A stretch of 64,000 bases of DNA, taken from contig ML978124.1 of assembly GCA_010015805.1 (NCBI GenBank), positions 1 to 64,000 of the forward strand, read 5' to 3'. Origin of the DNA: Rhizodiscina lignyota (Eukaryota). Numbering within the stretch: the stretch's first letter is position 1; every line of letters begins with the position of its first letter. The translations under genes and the position numbers were made by a program. Below the pieces are notes generated by a model. It had not been told where the DNA came from. It did not search any database and was given only the letters and a program-made list of their open reading frames with translations. This document shows, one piece after another, positions 11,530 to 23,784 of the stretch.

Positions 11530-11798
11530 AGCAGGAAATGTAGTACTGAAACTGGATACCCATTTGCACTTGGATTGAAATTGTACGAGGAGGAGATGAA
11601 TTCCGAAGGCTGCGACTGTGGAGCACGTTCTCTTTTAGTTATCTTGATACATTCATGACGGTCATTAAATTATTACGGCACAGCTTAATATCGAGCGGGA
11701 CTGCTTGCTAAATGTAGCATAGCAGGGCAGTATTTCCATATAAATGAGGCTTTTCAAATGACTCCTATTGAACATTTTGCAGATTGCAAATGTTACAA

Positions 11799-13688
11799 CT
11801 ATGCGTGTTGCCACGTTAATCCCGAGAACGCAATGATAATGTTGAACAACTCGTCCTTCTTCTTCAATCCCTCCAGCTCTTCCGTGTTGCCATCCGCGAA
11901 CGTTAACTCCAAGTGGTCTTGGGTGTCCTTGATGATTGATGTTTCTCCATTCCCCTTTACGATTTCCGCCAACTCACGTAATGGGCGCCTCCACATCTCC
12001 TTCTTTGGGAAACTACGTACGAATCGGATATCGTCACAGCTGAGGACGATATTTCCGGCGTTCTTCCGCCAACGGCATCGGGTCGCAAAGACGTCGGAGC
12101 ACGGGGCTTCTGCCGAATCGGTAACGCTATCCTTCCTTTCCTCTGAGCTTATCGGAGATGATAAGATTCGTCCGTTCGTGTCATGGTCTGATGCAGAGGC
12201 CCAGCTGTTTTCTGGGGAATCTGATGTCTGCTCACAGGCAGCTTCCCGGATCACTTCGGCATGCGCTCGCATGTGTCTGAACGAGGTCTCTGAGTGACTT
12301 GGAATATCCCAGAAGATCCACTGGAAAGGCATAAGAACCTGAGCATATTTCGGATACCGGTTTGCAAGTGGTCGATCTAGGAAGAAGAGGAGAATTACAA
12401 GCAGTTCCGCGACCCTCACGCAGAATTCTGTACTCGAAAATGTAGCGAACACAATAGAAATTGCCAGGAATAAAAGCAATGCAGCGGTATTTCGAGGTGC
12501 TTTCCACTCGTAAAAGTTCTCGAACACCTCCATCCAGTCCGCCAAATTTGTGAGATGCGGTTGGATCACTGGCCCGACTGCCTCGAGCATCGGATCTAGC
12601 CAGTTGGCGGAACCGTGACGGCTGATCATCTCCCCTAGAGTATGAGTTGTCGCATCCTCATCACCAGCGCGGTCATGAGACTGTTGTAAGGCGGCCCTCC
12701 TCCCTGGTCCCCTTTTGTGGTAAATGATGTAGTATCCGACATAGCAATGAGCGACTGTGAGAACACGGTTGCAGTACCATACGGCTAGCCATACAGCAAA
12801 CCATGCTGCTGTCGTCCTCGTATCGTTCCAGTTCCATAGCTGTCGGATATGTGATAGCCATTCTTGCCAAGGGTTGGAAGCCCTCACGACACGTTCGATC
12901 TGTTGTAGCAAGAGCCCGCGACTCCAAATCGGCGCATCCTCATGATCATCGAGGAACGGCTCGGTCCAGAGATGGTGGACAAAGAGTTGCATGTGGTCAG
13001 ACCATTGAGACCAACGACATCCTTGTGGTTGGCCGTGAAGGTCCACCCAGCGGCAGGACGATAACACAGGAAACTTAAATCGGCCCGGTCCTATCACTCG
13101 TGCTCTTTGGATGTATCTGCTCGATGTCCACGCAGCCCGTTTGCTTTCACGACCTTCCTCGATGTCATCAACTGTAGCCTTCAGTTCGTTGATATGCTCT
13201 TCGTGCTCTGGATTGACCTCGTGAACCTCTTCAGCATGCTGCAGTTTTTCGTGGGCATCGATAAGCAGCTCGTCATCATCTCGCGAGAGGTATGGTTCTT
13301 TTGAAGTTGCCAGGGTCTGCGATGTCTTCTCGGTGGCAACTTCTCGGGGGTGTCGTATAACATGCGCAAGCTCATGCGCGGAATCGGGCAGATGGCCTTT
13401 GATTTGAGCAATTGTTGAAGATTCTACATGAAGGCTATTTGGAAGGTCGAAGCCTGCGTCGTTCTTAAGCTTGCTCATTACACCGTCTCGGGAGTCTTTA
13501 AGCCGGTCTTTCGTTTCGTCAATTCGAAGGGCCCTTTTGAACTTTGACTTTGTCCTTTTTCCGAAGCTCTTTACCCCTCCACCAGGATCCTCGAGATTGG
13601 TGTGCCCCCTACAGTCAGTACTATTGGGCTTTAGAGGATATGCGTCGTCGTTCAGCATAGAAGGCGAAAGCTGCTTGTTGTTAGTCAT
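11799..13688 (-). CDS. Uncharacterised fungal membrane protein, possible C-terminal GRAM/PH-like domain
   Basis: 629-aa uninterrupted ORF with two hydrophobic hairpin regions (TAAWFAVWLAVW; TAALLLFLAISIVFATF) and a beta-rich C-terminus ending DELFNIIIAFSGLTWQ. Confidence 0.7.
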   Translation of the reverse strand: MTNNKQLSPSMLNDDAYPLKPNSTDCRGHTNLEDPGGGVKSFGKRTKSKFKRALRIDETKDRLKDSRDGVMSKLKNDAGFDLPNSLHVESSTIAQIKGHLPDSAHELAHVIRHPREVATEKTSQTLATSKEPYLSRDDDELLIDAHEKLQHAEEVHEVNPEHEEHINELKATVDDIEEGRESKRAAWTSSRYIQRARVIGPGRFKFPVLSSCRWVDLHGQPQGCRWSQWSDHMQLFVHHLWTEPFLDDHEDAPIWSRGLLLQQIERVVRASNPWQEWLSHIRQLWNWNDTRTTAAWFAVWLAVWYCNRVLTVAHCYVGYYIIYHKRGPGRRAALQQSHDRAGDEDATTHTLGEMISRHGSANWLDPMLEAVGPVIQPHLTNLADWMEVFENFYEWKAPRNTAALLLFLAISIVFATFSSTEFCVRVAELLVILLFFLDRPLANRYPKYAQVLMPFQWIFWDIPSHSETSFRHMRAHAEVIREAACEQTSDSPENSWASASDHDTNGRILSSPISSEERKDSVTDSAEAPCSDVFATRCRWRKNAGNIVLSCDDIRFVRSFPKKEMWRRPLRELAEIVKGNGETSIIKDTQDHLELTFADGNTEELEGLKKKDELFNIIIAFSGLTWQHA

Positions 13689-14045
13689 CGTGGCATTAGT
13701 AGATGTGCCCAGGATTGCTTTTGTAAGCTGCGTTCTGTTGACTCTTAAAGGGTATGCTTTGTTCAGCGAGATGGCCGCTGGTGTTATATAATCTATGAGA
13801 GGCTGCCAAAATATTATTCAAAGAGCCTATGAAGAGGGGATGTTGACATCATCGTTGTCGCATGAGGTACTCGCACTCGCCTCGCTTAGAGGCCGTCACC
13901 CTTTCAAAGGTGTCACAAGACGCACATTGGACAGGGACTGGAAGAAAGATACACCTCTACATAATAATGGAAGCCCGCGCCTCATGGATTGGCTTAGAAA
14001 CGATAGGGGTTGAAGCCCAGTGCAGCAACCTCCTCTGCATTAACA

Positions 14046-15688
14046 CTAATCTTCCCGTACGCGCGCCTGGGCGAATACTTCGTCCAGTAAACGCGTTCTC
14101 CAGACCTTTAGGTCGAAAACCTGTCCATGATCAAGGTTATCGCAAAATACCACATTCAATCGGCTGTCATCGACTGAGTTTTCCAAGTACTTAATCATTT
14201 GCTGGCCTTTAGCACCGTCTTGTAGATATGCGCGTACAAGTGGCGCATTGATAATCGAATCGTTGCCGGAGAGGAATATGGTGACTTGGTGCCCGGTGAT
14301 ATCGCTCTTCCACAACACGTTCTCAGACCAGAAGAACGTGCGCGCCAGCGTATGTGCTACACCCATGTCTTTGGAGCCAAAGTACCACAGCAACCATTCA
14401 TTTGCGCCCTTGGGTTTTCGCGCGGTCTAGATACCTCGTAAGCATTTCCCATCGTGACATGCGAGCTGTCATCTTACAAAGTTGTACGCTACGTCAGGCT
14501 GATGCAGCAATACTGAGATGGGATCGACAAGGATAATGGACGAAATTAGGTTGGCAAAGTCTGGCGACTTCAGGAGATGGGTGGAGATCACCGAGCCATA
14601 TCTTGATATAAATTAGCAGGCCCTCACCGTATAGTCGTAAGGTGATACTTACGAGTGCGACACCAATACGAACTTCTGAAACCCATGATGACGAAGAATG
14701 TCCCGAAGTTGTTGACACATATCCTCTTTCTGAAGTAAAGGCGGCGCAATTCGAGAAGATATTGGCAGGATCTCAACTGCAAGAATCCCAATCATCCTAT
14801 CCTTTGGACGTCCCTCATTAAGCTCCCTCAGAAACTGCATGTAGGGCCACAGACCAACTCCAATGCCGTGAAGAAACAGTATCGGCAACTCCTTGTCAGA
14901 TGTATGAGGGTGGTACCAGTATGTCAGGTCTTTGGCGGGCGAACGGAGCGAATCGATGAGAGCATGTGGCCGCGGTGGAAGAATTCGAACAAAGTGCGCG
15001 ATGGATGGCCGATAGAACTCGAACCTGGAGAAGCGCATGTAGGCGTGCGTAATGATGTCGACCACGAAGATGCACTGTAGTAGGATAATCTGTTAGAGCT
15101 GCTCGACATCTAGGTTCGTTGATAAAGCGAGGCACTCACGGCGTACCATATCACACTCCGGTGGAGAGCATCGACTTTGTCCAAAGTCAGTCGTAGACAC
15201 TTCACATCACTTCGTCCAGGCTCGAAAGCCATCCCAATCTCAGCCTCAATCTTCCTGACATAGCCTTCCATTTCCTCATCGTAGGAGGGGTCGTTTATGT
15301 CGGTGTTGAAAAAGGCCCATCTGAGAAACTCTTTGATGTTGTCGAGCTTCACGTCGGCAAGGGGAGCACCTAGAAACCACATTGAGACGTATCGCCTGTA
15401 GTCCTGGACACTCTCATGACAGCGGTCGAAGAGGGCATTTCGCTCTTGTCTCGAGGGGAGAGGAGGGTGTAGAGCCGGGCGTTGGAGGTGGTATTTTTGG
15501 TAGACGTAGGTAAGGAAGTAGAACGCCGTCTCAACGGATGCCAAATATTCGAGGTACTTCGGGAGACGTAGAGACGAAGGCAGGACGGTAGTCAAGAAGC
15601 AGTAGGCTACGCAGAGAGGCGCAATCGAGTGTAGGATGGCCGCCCAGGTTCGCACCCAGATGTACTCTGCGGTTGAGGTTCCAATCAT
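14046..15688 (-). CDS. Membrane-anchored alpha/beta-hydrolase-fold protein, 4 exons
   Basis: ORF segments 15688-15140, about 15079-14652, a short third exon and about 14430-14046 are joined by GT-AG introns. Motifs PILFLHGIGVGL, nucleophile-like SHSYG across an intron, LVDPIS and LDHGQ; N-terminal TM segments. Confidence 0.8.
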
Positions 15689-16318
15689 GCCGACTGCATG
15701 GCTCGTGTGTGGGAATCGCAGCGAGTATGATGGTCAATAGATGCTTTCCAACATGCATCTTTAAGAAGGCAGCTTGAGCAATTTGTTGAGCACGTTTGTC
15801 CCCTGAGAGGAGCTAGAACACAACGCAGTGTTGCCATTTTCGTTGGGACATCCAAAAGTGCCGAGCATGAATCACATGTGATGTGCCATATCGTAGTTGC
15901 TGTGTGTACTCGAGTGGGGCCTTCGTGTTTAGGAGAGAACCGGCTCGGGCTCAGCTCCGCCAGTGGCAACCTATCCTACGGCTTACACGTGCCCTGGCGT
16001 CGCGAGCGCGACACGTTGCCGCCGCTCGCCTGCACCCGTGCCCTACTTACCCCGCTTTTATATGATTACGATCATGGTGCTGTTTGGAAATTCCATCTGT
16101 CCAACATCGTAATTCCCGTCTCTAATGGCCGTCATTGATATAGGATAAGCACCCCATGCTGTAGCCCCTGACTCTGCAGAGACTCCCGTCGAGACATTTA
16201 AGCCTCTCCGGCTCACCGTGCAACTCTGTTACGCTTTCCTTCACCTTTCTAGTTTTTGAGCAGTCAAAGGTTCCATTTCTCTCATACATCCTCGATCGTA
16301 TTCATCCCCGCTACAGCC

Positions 16319-17722
16319 ATGGCTGCTCCTTTGCTCGACGCTCCGCAGTCGCGGCATGCCTTGCGGCGGCTATCATCCAAGGACATCACCAAGGAAGATC
16401 TCATGAGTGTTATGGGTCCCGCCGTGGTCGTCCCTCCAACCGATCCTGAGGGAGACTCGGGCGCTCTTGAGATCGCTGCGTCAATGGAATTGGCTAGACG
16501 CGAGATTGACGGATTTCGATCTGCAACTGCCTCTCATACCACATCAACAGAGACTCTAGTGACCGACAAATTCGCTTTCGCCTTCGATATTGACGGGGTG
16601 CTCATCCGTGGAGGCAAGGTCATTCCCGCGGCGATAGATGCCATGAAGGTACTGAATGGTGACAATCGATACGGCATTAAGATGTACGCACGCGTGCTAT
16701 TTCTGCATATTCGTGGCTCTGCTAAGCCGGACCAGTCCTTATATCTTCGTCACTAATGGGGGAGGAAAGACTGAACAAGAGCGATGCATCCAGTTGAGCC
16801 AACAGCTCCAGATGGAGGTCTCCCCGGGCCAATTTATCTGTGGGCACACGCCAATGCGGGAACTGGTTCAAAAATACCACACCGTTCTCGTCGTGGGCGG
16901 CGAGGGTGAAAAATGTAGGGAAGTCGCGGAAGGGTACGGCTTCAAAGATGTAGTCACGCCTGGGGATATCATCAAAGATAACGAGGCTACTACACCATTC
17001 CGGACGCTGACTGAAGACGAATATAAGAATTCGAGGGCAAGGAACTTTGCCGAGGTGGATATCGAGGCTATCTTAGTGTTTGCTGACTCTAGAGACTGGG
17101 CGTCGGATCAGCAGATTATTCTTGACCTACTAATGTCGAAGAATCATCGCTTGGGAAGCCGCTCAGATACCTATCATGATGCTCCACCGGTTTTCTTCTC
17201 CCACAACGATGTCGTTTGGAGCGCGTCGCACGACCTGACACGTCTCGGAATGGGAGCGCTCCGAGTCTCATTAGAGGCTATGTACAAGGCTGTGACTGGA
17301 AGAGCACTTCAGACAAATGCATTTGGTAAACCCCAACTCGGGACTTTTCAATTCGCTACGCGCCTTCTCCGCCAATGGCGACTGGAGACCCATGGTATCG
17401 ACTCTGCGCCCGATACTGTGTACTTTGTCGGTAAGAACTCCTCCTGAAAGTTTGGAGCAACTTTCCCTGACGGTGTGAAGGCGATACTCCAGAGTCTGAC
17501 ATTCGCGGAACGAACGAGTTCGACAGCAGCGACAGCAGCGAGAACACGTGGTACTCCATTCTGGTTCGTACAGGCGTATATCAAGGTGGTACGACTCCCA
17601 CATTTGCTCCGAGGGCCACCGTCGACAATGTCCTCGACGCCGTTCGGCATGGCATCGAGCGCGAGTATCGTAATGCGTTGAAAAAGGCAGCCGCTGCGGA
17701 GGCAGAAGAGGCGGTAGCTTGA
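16319..17722 (+). CDS. HAD-superfamily class IIA hydrolase (CECR5/HDHD5-like), 3 exons
   Basis: FAFAFDIDGVLIRGG (motif I), IFVTNGGG, FGKP, and FVGDTPESDIRG reconstructed across the intron at about 17431-17480; ILVRTGVY; stop TGA at 17720-17722. Confidence 0.9.
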
Positions 17723-18765
17723 ATGGTCAAGTGGTTTCCATAAGGCTGTTGGTAACTTAGCCTGCTTCGCTCGAGAACGTCGCTTGGTGAAGCTGTAATA
17801 CAAACCAACTGGCTGCTTTTGAGAATCCAATTTTGGGCAAATCGGAGGCCTTCAACTAAAGGATGAAAGGGGCATCCTGAAACCTATGAGCTCTTTCCAA
17901 AAATCGTTCGACGTGTCTTCAGAGGACAGCTAAACTTCCCGTTCGGTGCTGGTAGAACAAGCCTGGATTTGAACGAGTCGCTTCGGAACCACTAGGTCTT
18001 TCCGAGTCGTCAACGCCTCTACTGGCTGCAAGCATCGCTTCAACGCTCTTTAACAGGGAGAGTCTTCTTTCGTGATATATTAGATGGAACAGTACGCGTT
18101 GTGGTCACGCCCATCTGGAAGCCGGTTTCATCGAAGTTGTATATATCTTTATCTTTGATACCGTATTTGTTGATCGTATTGAGTACAAAGCGGAATCATT
18201 CCTACATAACCTCTAGAAACCATTCAAGGCTCTTTAGTAGTCGTACTGGTCAATAATTACCTTCCCTTCTAGATCTGACAGAAGTTTCGATTTGGTTGAA
18301 CAATTGTGTCGGGGACGCCTTCCATTACGGCGGTCACGGAGGGTGCTTTCCCGGCCGTGGAAAGCCTTTGCAGCTTCATAAACCGATCGAACCTGATTTT
18401 TCTTCTTGGGTAGCTAGAAGAACCATCGTAATTCTAGCTCCTTCTAGAAGGGACCCAAAAAGTGGTTGTTGAGACATTGTTGGAAAATAAGATGATCACC
18501 GCAGTGGTGGGAAAGCGCGCGACTCGGTGGTTTGCGCGACTCGAGGCTCGCTACATTCGGCAATAGAGTCCGACTACGGAGTGGTACTTTACATATCCAA
18601 TTGAGCCTCCTCACCTTTCGAACAATATCTAAAGAGCCTCGTAGAAGAACGAGCACTTCAATTGTCCTTGGCTACTGCTAACCACTATTACTTCAATTAC
18701 TGCTTGTAATCGAACAAGCACACCACTGACGGCAGTGCTCCACACTAACCACCCAAAGCGTCGCC

Positions 18766-19674
18766 ATGGCATCCCTCCTCAAACAACCCGTCAAGCTCGC
18801 CCTCATCCAACTCGCCTCCGGCGCAGATAAAGCCGCCAACCTCTCACACGCCCGCACGCGCGTCCTCGAAGCCGCCTCGCGGGGTGCGCGCATCATCGTC
18901 TTACCTGAATGCTTCAACTCGCCGTACGGCGTGAAGTACTTCTCCAAATATGCCGAGCAACTCCTACCCTCTCCACCCTCGAAAGAACAGTCGCCCTCCT
19001 TCCATGCGCTGTCCGCGATGGCGAAGGAGGCGAAGGCATACCTCGTTGGAGGAAGCATACCGGAGCTCGACCCAGATGCGAAGACGCTCTACAATACCAA
19101 TCTGACGTTCAGCCCTACAGGCGAGCTGCTGGCGAGCCATCGGAAGGTGCATCTGTTTGACATTGACATCCCGGGGAAGATCAGCTTCCACGAGTCGGAT
19201 GCACTGAGTCCGGGGAATAAGTTGACGATGGTGGACTTTCCGGAGTACGGGAAGATCGCCATTGCGATATGCTACGATGTGCGATTCCCCGAGCTGGCGA
19301 CGATTGCAGCAAGACGCGGCGCGTTTCTGCTATTGTACCCAGGCGCATTCAATCTGACGACCGGCGCACTGCATTGGGAGCTGCAAGCAAGAGCGAGGGC
19401 GATGGATAATCAGGTGTATGTGGGCTTGTGCAGTCCGGCGAGGGATATGAGTGCGGACTACAATGCGTGGGGCCACAGTATGATCGTGGACCCAAATGCA
19501 GAGATATTGAGCGAGGCTGGGACGGGGGATGAGATGGTTGATGCGGAGTTGAAGGGCGAACGGATAGAGGAAGTGCGGAAAGGAATCCCAATCTATACAC
19601 AGAGAAGATTTGATGTATACCCAGATGTCAGCAAAGGGGACGTCAAGACGGAAGAGAATGGGCAGCCCAAATAA
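18766..19674 (+). CDS. NIT3: Nitrilase-family omega-amidase (yeast Nit3/human NIT2-like)
   Basis: Catalytic triad contexts LPECFNSPYG (E), HRKVHLFDIDIPG (K) and ICYDVRFPEL (C), plus AFNLTTGALHWELQARARAMDNQ. Confidence 0.92.
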   Translation: MASLLKQPVKLALIQLASGADKAANLSHARTRVLEAASRGARIIVLPECFNSPYGVKYFSKYAEQLLPSPPSKEQSPSFHALSAMAKEAKAYLVGGSIPELDPDAKTLYNTNLTFSPTGELLASHRKVHLFDIDIPGKISFHESDALSPGNKLTMVDFPEYGKIAIAICYDVRFPELATIAARRGAFLLLYPGAFNLTTGALHWELQARARAMDNQVYVGLCSPARDMSADYNAWGHSMIVDPNAEILSEAGTGDEMVDAELKGERIEEVRKGIPIYTQRRFDVYPDVSKGDVKTEENGQPK

Positions 19675-19718
19675 ATTGAAGAAGTTCGGATGGCAAAATT
19701 GCTGACTCTAATAGAATG

Positions 19719-20240
19719 GAAATGATACAGAAACACCGAGTCCCGCTATTCTCCACATGCGAGAGCGTCGGTGAGATTTAGACTTGACATGAGTAGGCCG
19801 TCCATCTTCTAGCTTCCCATATAATGATTGAAATGATACGGTATACTGGTCCCCCTATTCAGCACTATTATAGACGCGATGGCCGAGGGGCCATTAAACG
19901 TCACACTGAACAGTCGGAGGAAATATCTCAGATTTTGGATTCTTCGCGATGGTGGTTAGAAGTAAGTGCCTTCTATTTCTATTTCTGCAATTTGTTGTAT
20001 CGCAACGTTCAGGTTTCCAAGAGTGATTTCATCCAAGTTTATAGCCAGTGAAGCTTACAATTGGGATGCGTAGGAACGTGTTTATGTATAACTGGGCCGT
20101 GACGAGCTCGATTTGTATTGATTGAAGAAACAGAATATCCGATGTCCCGTATAATACCCGAAATGATACAGAAATACCACATCCATCTATTCTATGCTTG
20201 CAAGAGCATCAGTAAAGAGTCGACTTGCTATGTGTTGGCG
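19719..20240 (+). repeat. Diverged ~80-bp direct repeat (about 19719-19798 and 20160-20239)
   Basis: gaaatgatacagaaacaccgagtcccgctattct...gacttgacatgagtaggc aligns without gaps to gaaatgatacagaaataccacatccatctattct...gacttgctatgtgttggc. Confidence 0.7.
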
Positions 20241-21827
20241 CGCATTTACGCGTAGAACGGCGCTTTGATAAATTAGAGATTATGGTCTACATGGCTGAGG
20301 CTCCGACGATGGATAAAATGTCGTAGACACTAGTAAGTCTTCCTAATTGCAACGTGTGAGAGCATTGGCAGAGCGCTGAACTGATATATGCTGGAGCGTA
20401 TTTATGCGTAAGACCGGACTTTGAGGAATTGGACATACCTTATACAAAGAGACAGAACAGGTGGTCACTAGCAGAGCACCCAAAACGACACAGCTCTGCT
20501 CGCTTCTTCCAGATACATAGAATTTCTTGAAATCTCCCAACTTAAGCCCTTAACAGTAAGCTTAAACAGCCTCTCATCTTCGCCTAGAATCCACAGGAAT
20601 GTGAAGTGAATTTAGAAAGCGTCCGTTGGCTTGCAATGCCAATAGCAAGTCTAGGCCCATCGTCGGCTTAACTGCCGAATGGTCGATAGGCATGCAATGT
20701 GAGCCAGTCATTGGATCCGGGGTTGGTCGCAGGGGTCGTTGACGAGTTAAATTACAGTACAATTACTGCTCTCCGCCTCCTTATTCCTCTGTAAATTACG
20801 TCTAGAAAACACGGCTTCAGACCAATGAATGCCTCAAATCCTACCGGGCCGGGCCGTGCCCCGATTACTTGTGTGCGCCTTGACGCGCTAGTGGCTTTAA
20901 GAACGGTTCAGTCATGTACTTTAGACCACGCAATCATATAATACACAATATCACCGTCACCCTCTCTTAGAACCCCTGCTCTCAGCGAGCGCGCGGGCGG
21001 AGTGATTAGAGCTCCGGAAGTGGGCAGCGGTGGTAAGTGGGTAGCGTTGGTAATGGGGAGCAAGCCAGAAAGTGAGATCCAAAGGACTGGTGCGGCTAAG
21101 GAGCCGAAGCCTGAAGGGTCCTTAGTCCCTGCAGATGTTCACTTCTCAGCCAGCCAACTATTGGACTCGCGGACAAGACTCCGAAAGAGATCGACTCCGC
21201 GCAGATTTAGCTCCTCTACGGCGAATTGCAAAATCGGACGCCGCCATGACGTCACCAAGCTGATGCAGAGAAACCTGCTTGGGGTACGCCCTCTTAAGCA
21301 CTCAGACGCCTTTCCACTGTACAGATCCAAACCATGCCTGCGCGGGGTCCAATCGACGAGCGCGTACTACCTCTCTCATCTACGACAGGCTTAACATGAA
21401 TTATTGAATGTCTGTACAAGATGACAGCTACGTTACGGAGTAGCAACCACCTGATCCTAGAAAGAAAAGAGCTCTCACCTGAGACACTGCAGGCCGTGTC
21501 TTGAGCTAGTGAGTACTGCGTCGTATCTGAGGGCTTTCATGCGGCTACAGGGTCCCTCAGTCGCTTCGTCTCCCCTACGCCGTCCACTCGTTGTAGAGTA
21601 AAACTTGATTCTCACCACGCGTCCCAAAATGATTGTGACGCCCTGACGCCTCTTGAGGCACGGAGGGGCCTCCGTCATCTGCTTCACTCACTAGAAATAC
21701 TCGGCTACGTACTGACCATCGCTCATAACCCGAATTTTAACGCACGCTTTCAAAGTTCATCAATTTTCCCTCGTTCTGCAAAACGTCTCCCCCACACAAT
21801 ATCAAAAGGGTCGATTCTTTCGTCTTC

Positions 21828-22301
21828 ATGGCTGATTCGAACAGGTAGGCCTACAATTTTCCTTCCCTGCCCTTTCCTGGCTCCGAACTAACTGCCTCCA
21901 TTGCAGAAGCACCGATGTGCAGGGCGATTCGACAAGCACAAACGACGCCGTCAATAATGTAACCAAGACGAGGCCCAGAAAAATATCCGGGGCCCTCCAA
22001 AGACAAACAATTGAGGAACCCGATGACGAAAATGACGACGACATACTAGCAACAATGGGCCCCACCCGAAACCCGGCGTCGCGCCGCCGCATAGTGCCGG
22101 TACACCAGTCACGCATTTCAGACAGACCCCCAAAGGTCGGTGAGAAGGACAGCAGTTTAAAGATCAAGATCGAGCTGGATCTGGAAGTCGAGGTAGAGAT
22201 TTACGCGCGCGTCAAGGGCGATGTGACCATTGGGTTGATGTAGTGCCCAGGTCGAGATCTACGCACGAGTCAAAGGCGACGTCACCATTGGTTTATTGTG
22301 A
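21828..22301 (+). CDS. Small fungal protein with C-terminal LKIKIELDLEVEVEIYARVKGDVTIGL motif and two alternative C-termini
   Basis: Exon 1 MADSNR (21828-21844); intron 21845-21906 (GTAGGC...CTAAC...CAG); exon 2 ends at TAG 22241-22243, or at TGA 22299-22301 if 22193-22250 is spliced. The tail resembles the LRLDLNLDVEVxLKARIHGD-T-LL motif of small ascomycete proteins. Confidence 0.8.
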
Positions 22302-23069
22302 GATGTGAGTCGGACCTCGTTCGCCAGTCCTATCTTAGTAATATAAGAATAGTACGACTTAGCTCACTCTCAAAGCTCCTCTATGGCATCACAGCAATGC
22401 ATGTCTACTCTTGTTGTACTCGCGCCGATTTTCACCCGCCTGTGTATCTGTGGTTTGGAGCTGAAGGGTGCCAGGATGGGGGAAAGGGTCTTCGCAATGT
22501 ATCTAGTCCTTCATAACAGTAATTGAGGGAGTTTCTTCCGCAAGTGCACGACAAAGCACCAGTTCACTCAAAAGGATGAACAATTATCTAACACTTGGGA
22601 CTTTGGATCCTGCATAGACTGGCGCTATAAAATCTTAAATTGAGCTGCTGGAAACGAACTTCGCTCTGTTAAAATGGGTGCGCCTTCAACCATGATATCC
22701 GGCAAGCTGAGAAAACGTAATGCAAGGCTGGAAACTGGATTCGCCCCCAGCTCCCCGGTTCTCCATCTCTAGTCTTCCCGAAACGGAGTAGCGCATCTGA
22801 GCGGCCCCGCTATTTAGCGTCGACGAGAAAGAAAGAGGACCGCGACTTTGCGATCGAGCAGCTGAGTCTAGACTCTACATACTTCCAGCTACAAATCGCT
22901 TAATATACCAATCTTCGCAGAACATTGATCTTCCACTCTCCTCGACACCAAATTGATAAACAGAATATCTCGAGCTCTGATCCTGAGCTTACGGCCACGG
23001 CCTGGACAGTTGTCGGTCCCTTCGCGTTTCGCCCTCTGCCTGCGCTGGCGATCACCCAAGGAAAAAAAT

Positions 23070-23784
23070 ATGGTCCTCGGTATTTTAACTTCTATAGCAG
23101 CCTGCCCCGCGATCATTGGCACCACTGAGGCTGTCCGTCAGGGTCAAAAGACGAGCGCCAAAGAGAAGCACAGAGGTCTCAAGTCGAACCTGTTCGTTTC
23201 GTGCTCCACGACCACGCGAAGTGGCAGAGAAGTAAACGGCAGCGAAGTAGTCCTGCAGAACAATAAGGTGCGTTGTTCTCACAAAGCCTACTCTAAGCGA
23301 GCAGTTCGCTCGTCTTTAGATCCTGATAGCGACAATCCTGCAGCTGTACCTTTCGACGCCTTCGCCCGACTTCCCAGACGGGAGCGAAGGCGACCATCCT
23401 TTCGCAGGCTATTTCCTTCCCTACCCAGATCAGAACTGGGGCCGTCTGGGGGAGGGCTTCGTCTCCACCATCTCCGACGAACCGCCCCAGCTCAACTGGA
23501 TATATGTGGACGAGGATACCCACGAAGTCAAATATGGAAATCGAGAAGAGTCCGAACCTCACGTCATTGGGCCGTGGGATTGCACACCGGTGGATAAGAG
23601 GGTCACGCTAGAGGGCTGGGAAGGCTTTTTGGCTGTCAGAGATGCGCCGGGGGAATGGGCGCTTTATTTTGACAGAGATGATGATGGCTTAAAAGAAATT
23701 GTCTCTCATAGTAAGCGAAAGGTAGAAGTCGAATTAATACGAAAGGAGAGGAGACAGCGCAAACCGAAGCCAGAGGATGATTGA
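23070..23784 (+). CDS. Conserved uncharacterised ascomycete protein (MVLGILTSIAACPAIIG... family), 2 exons
   Basis: Exons 23070-23267 and 23344-23784 give HPFAGYFLPYP, GFVSTISDEPPQLNWIYVDEDTHEVKYG, GPWDCT, LEGWEGFLAV and WALYFDRDDDGL. Confidence 0.8.
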
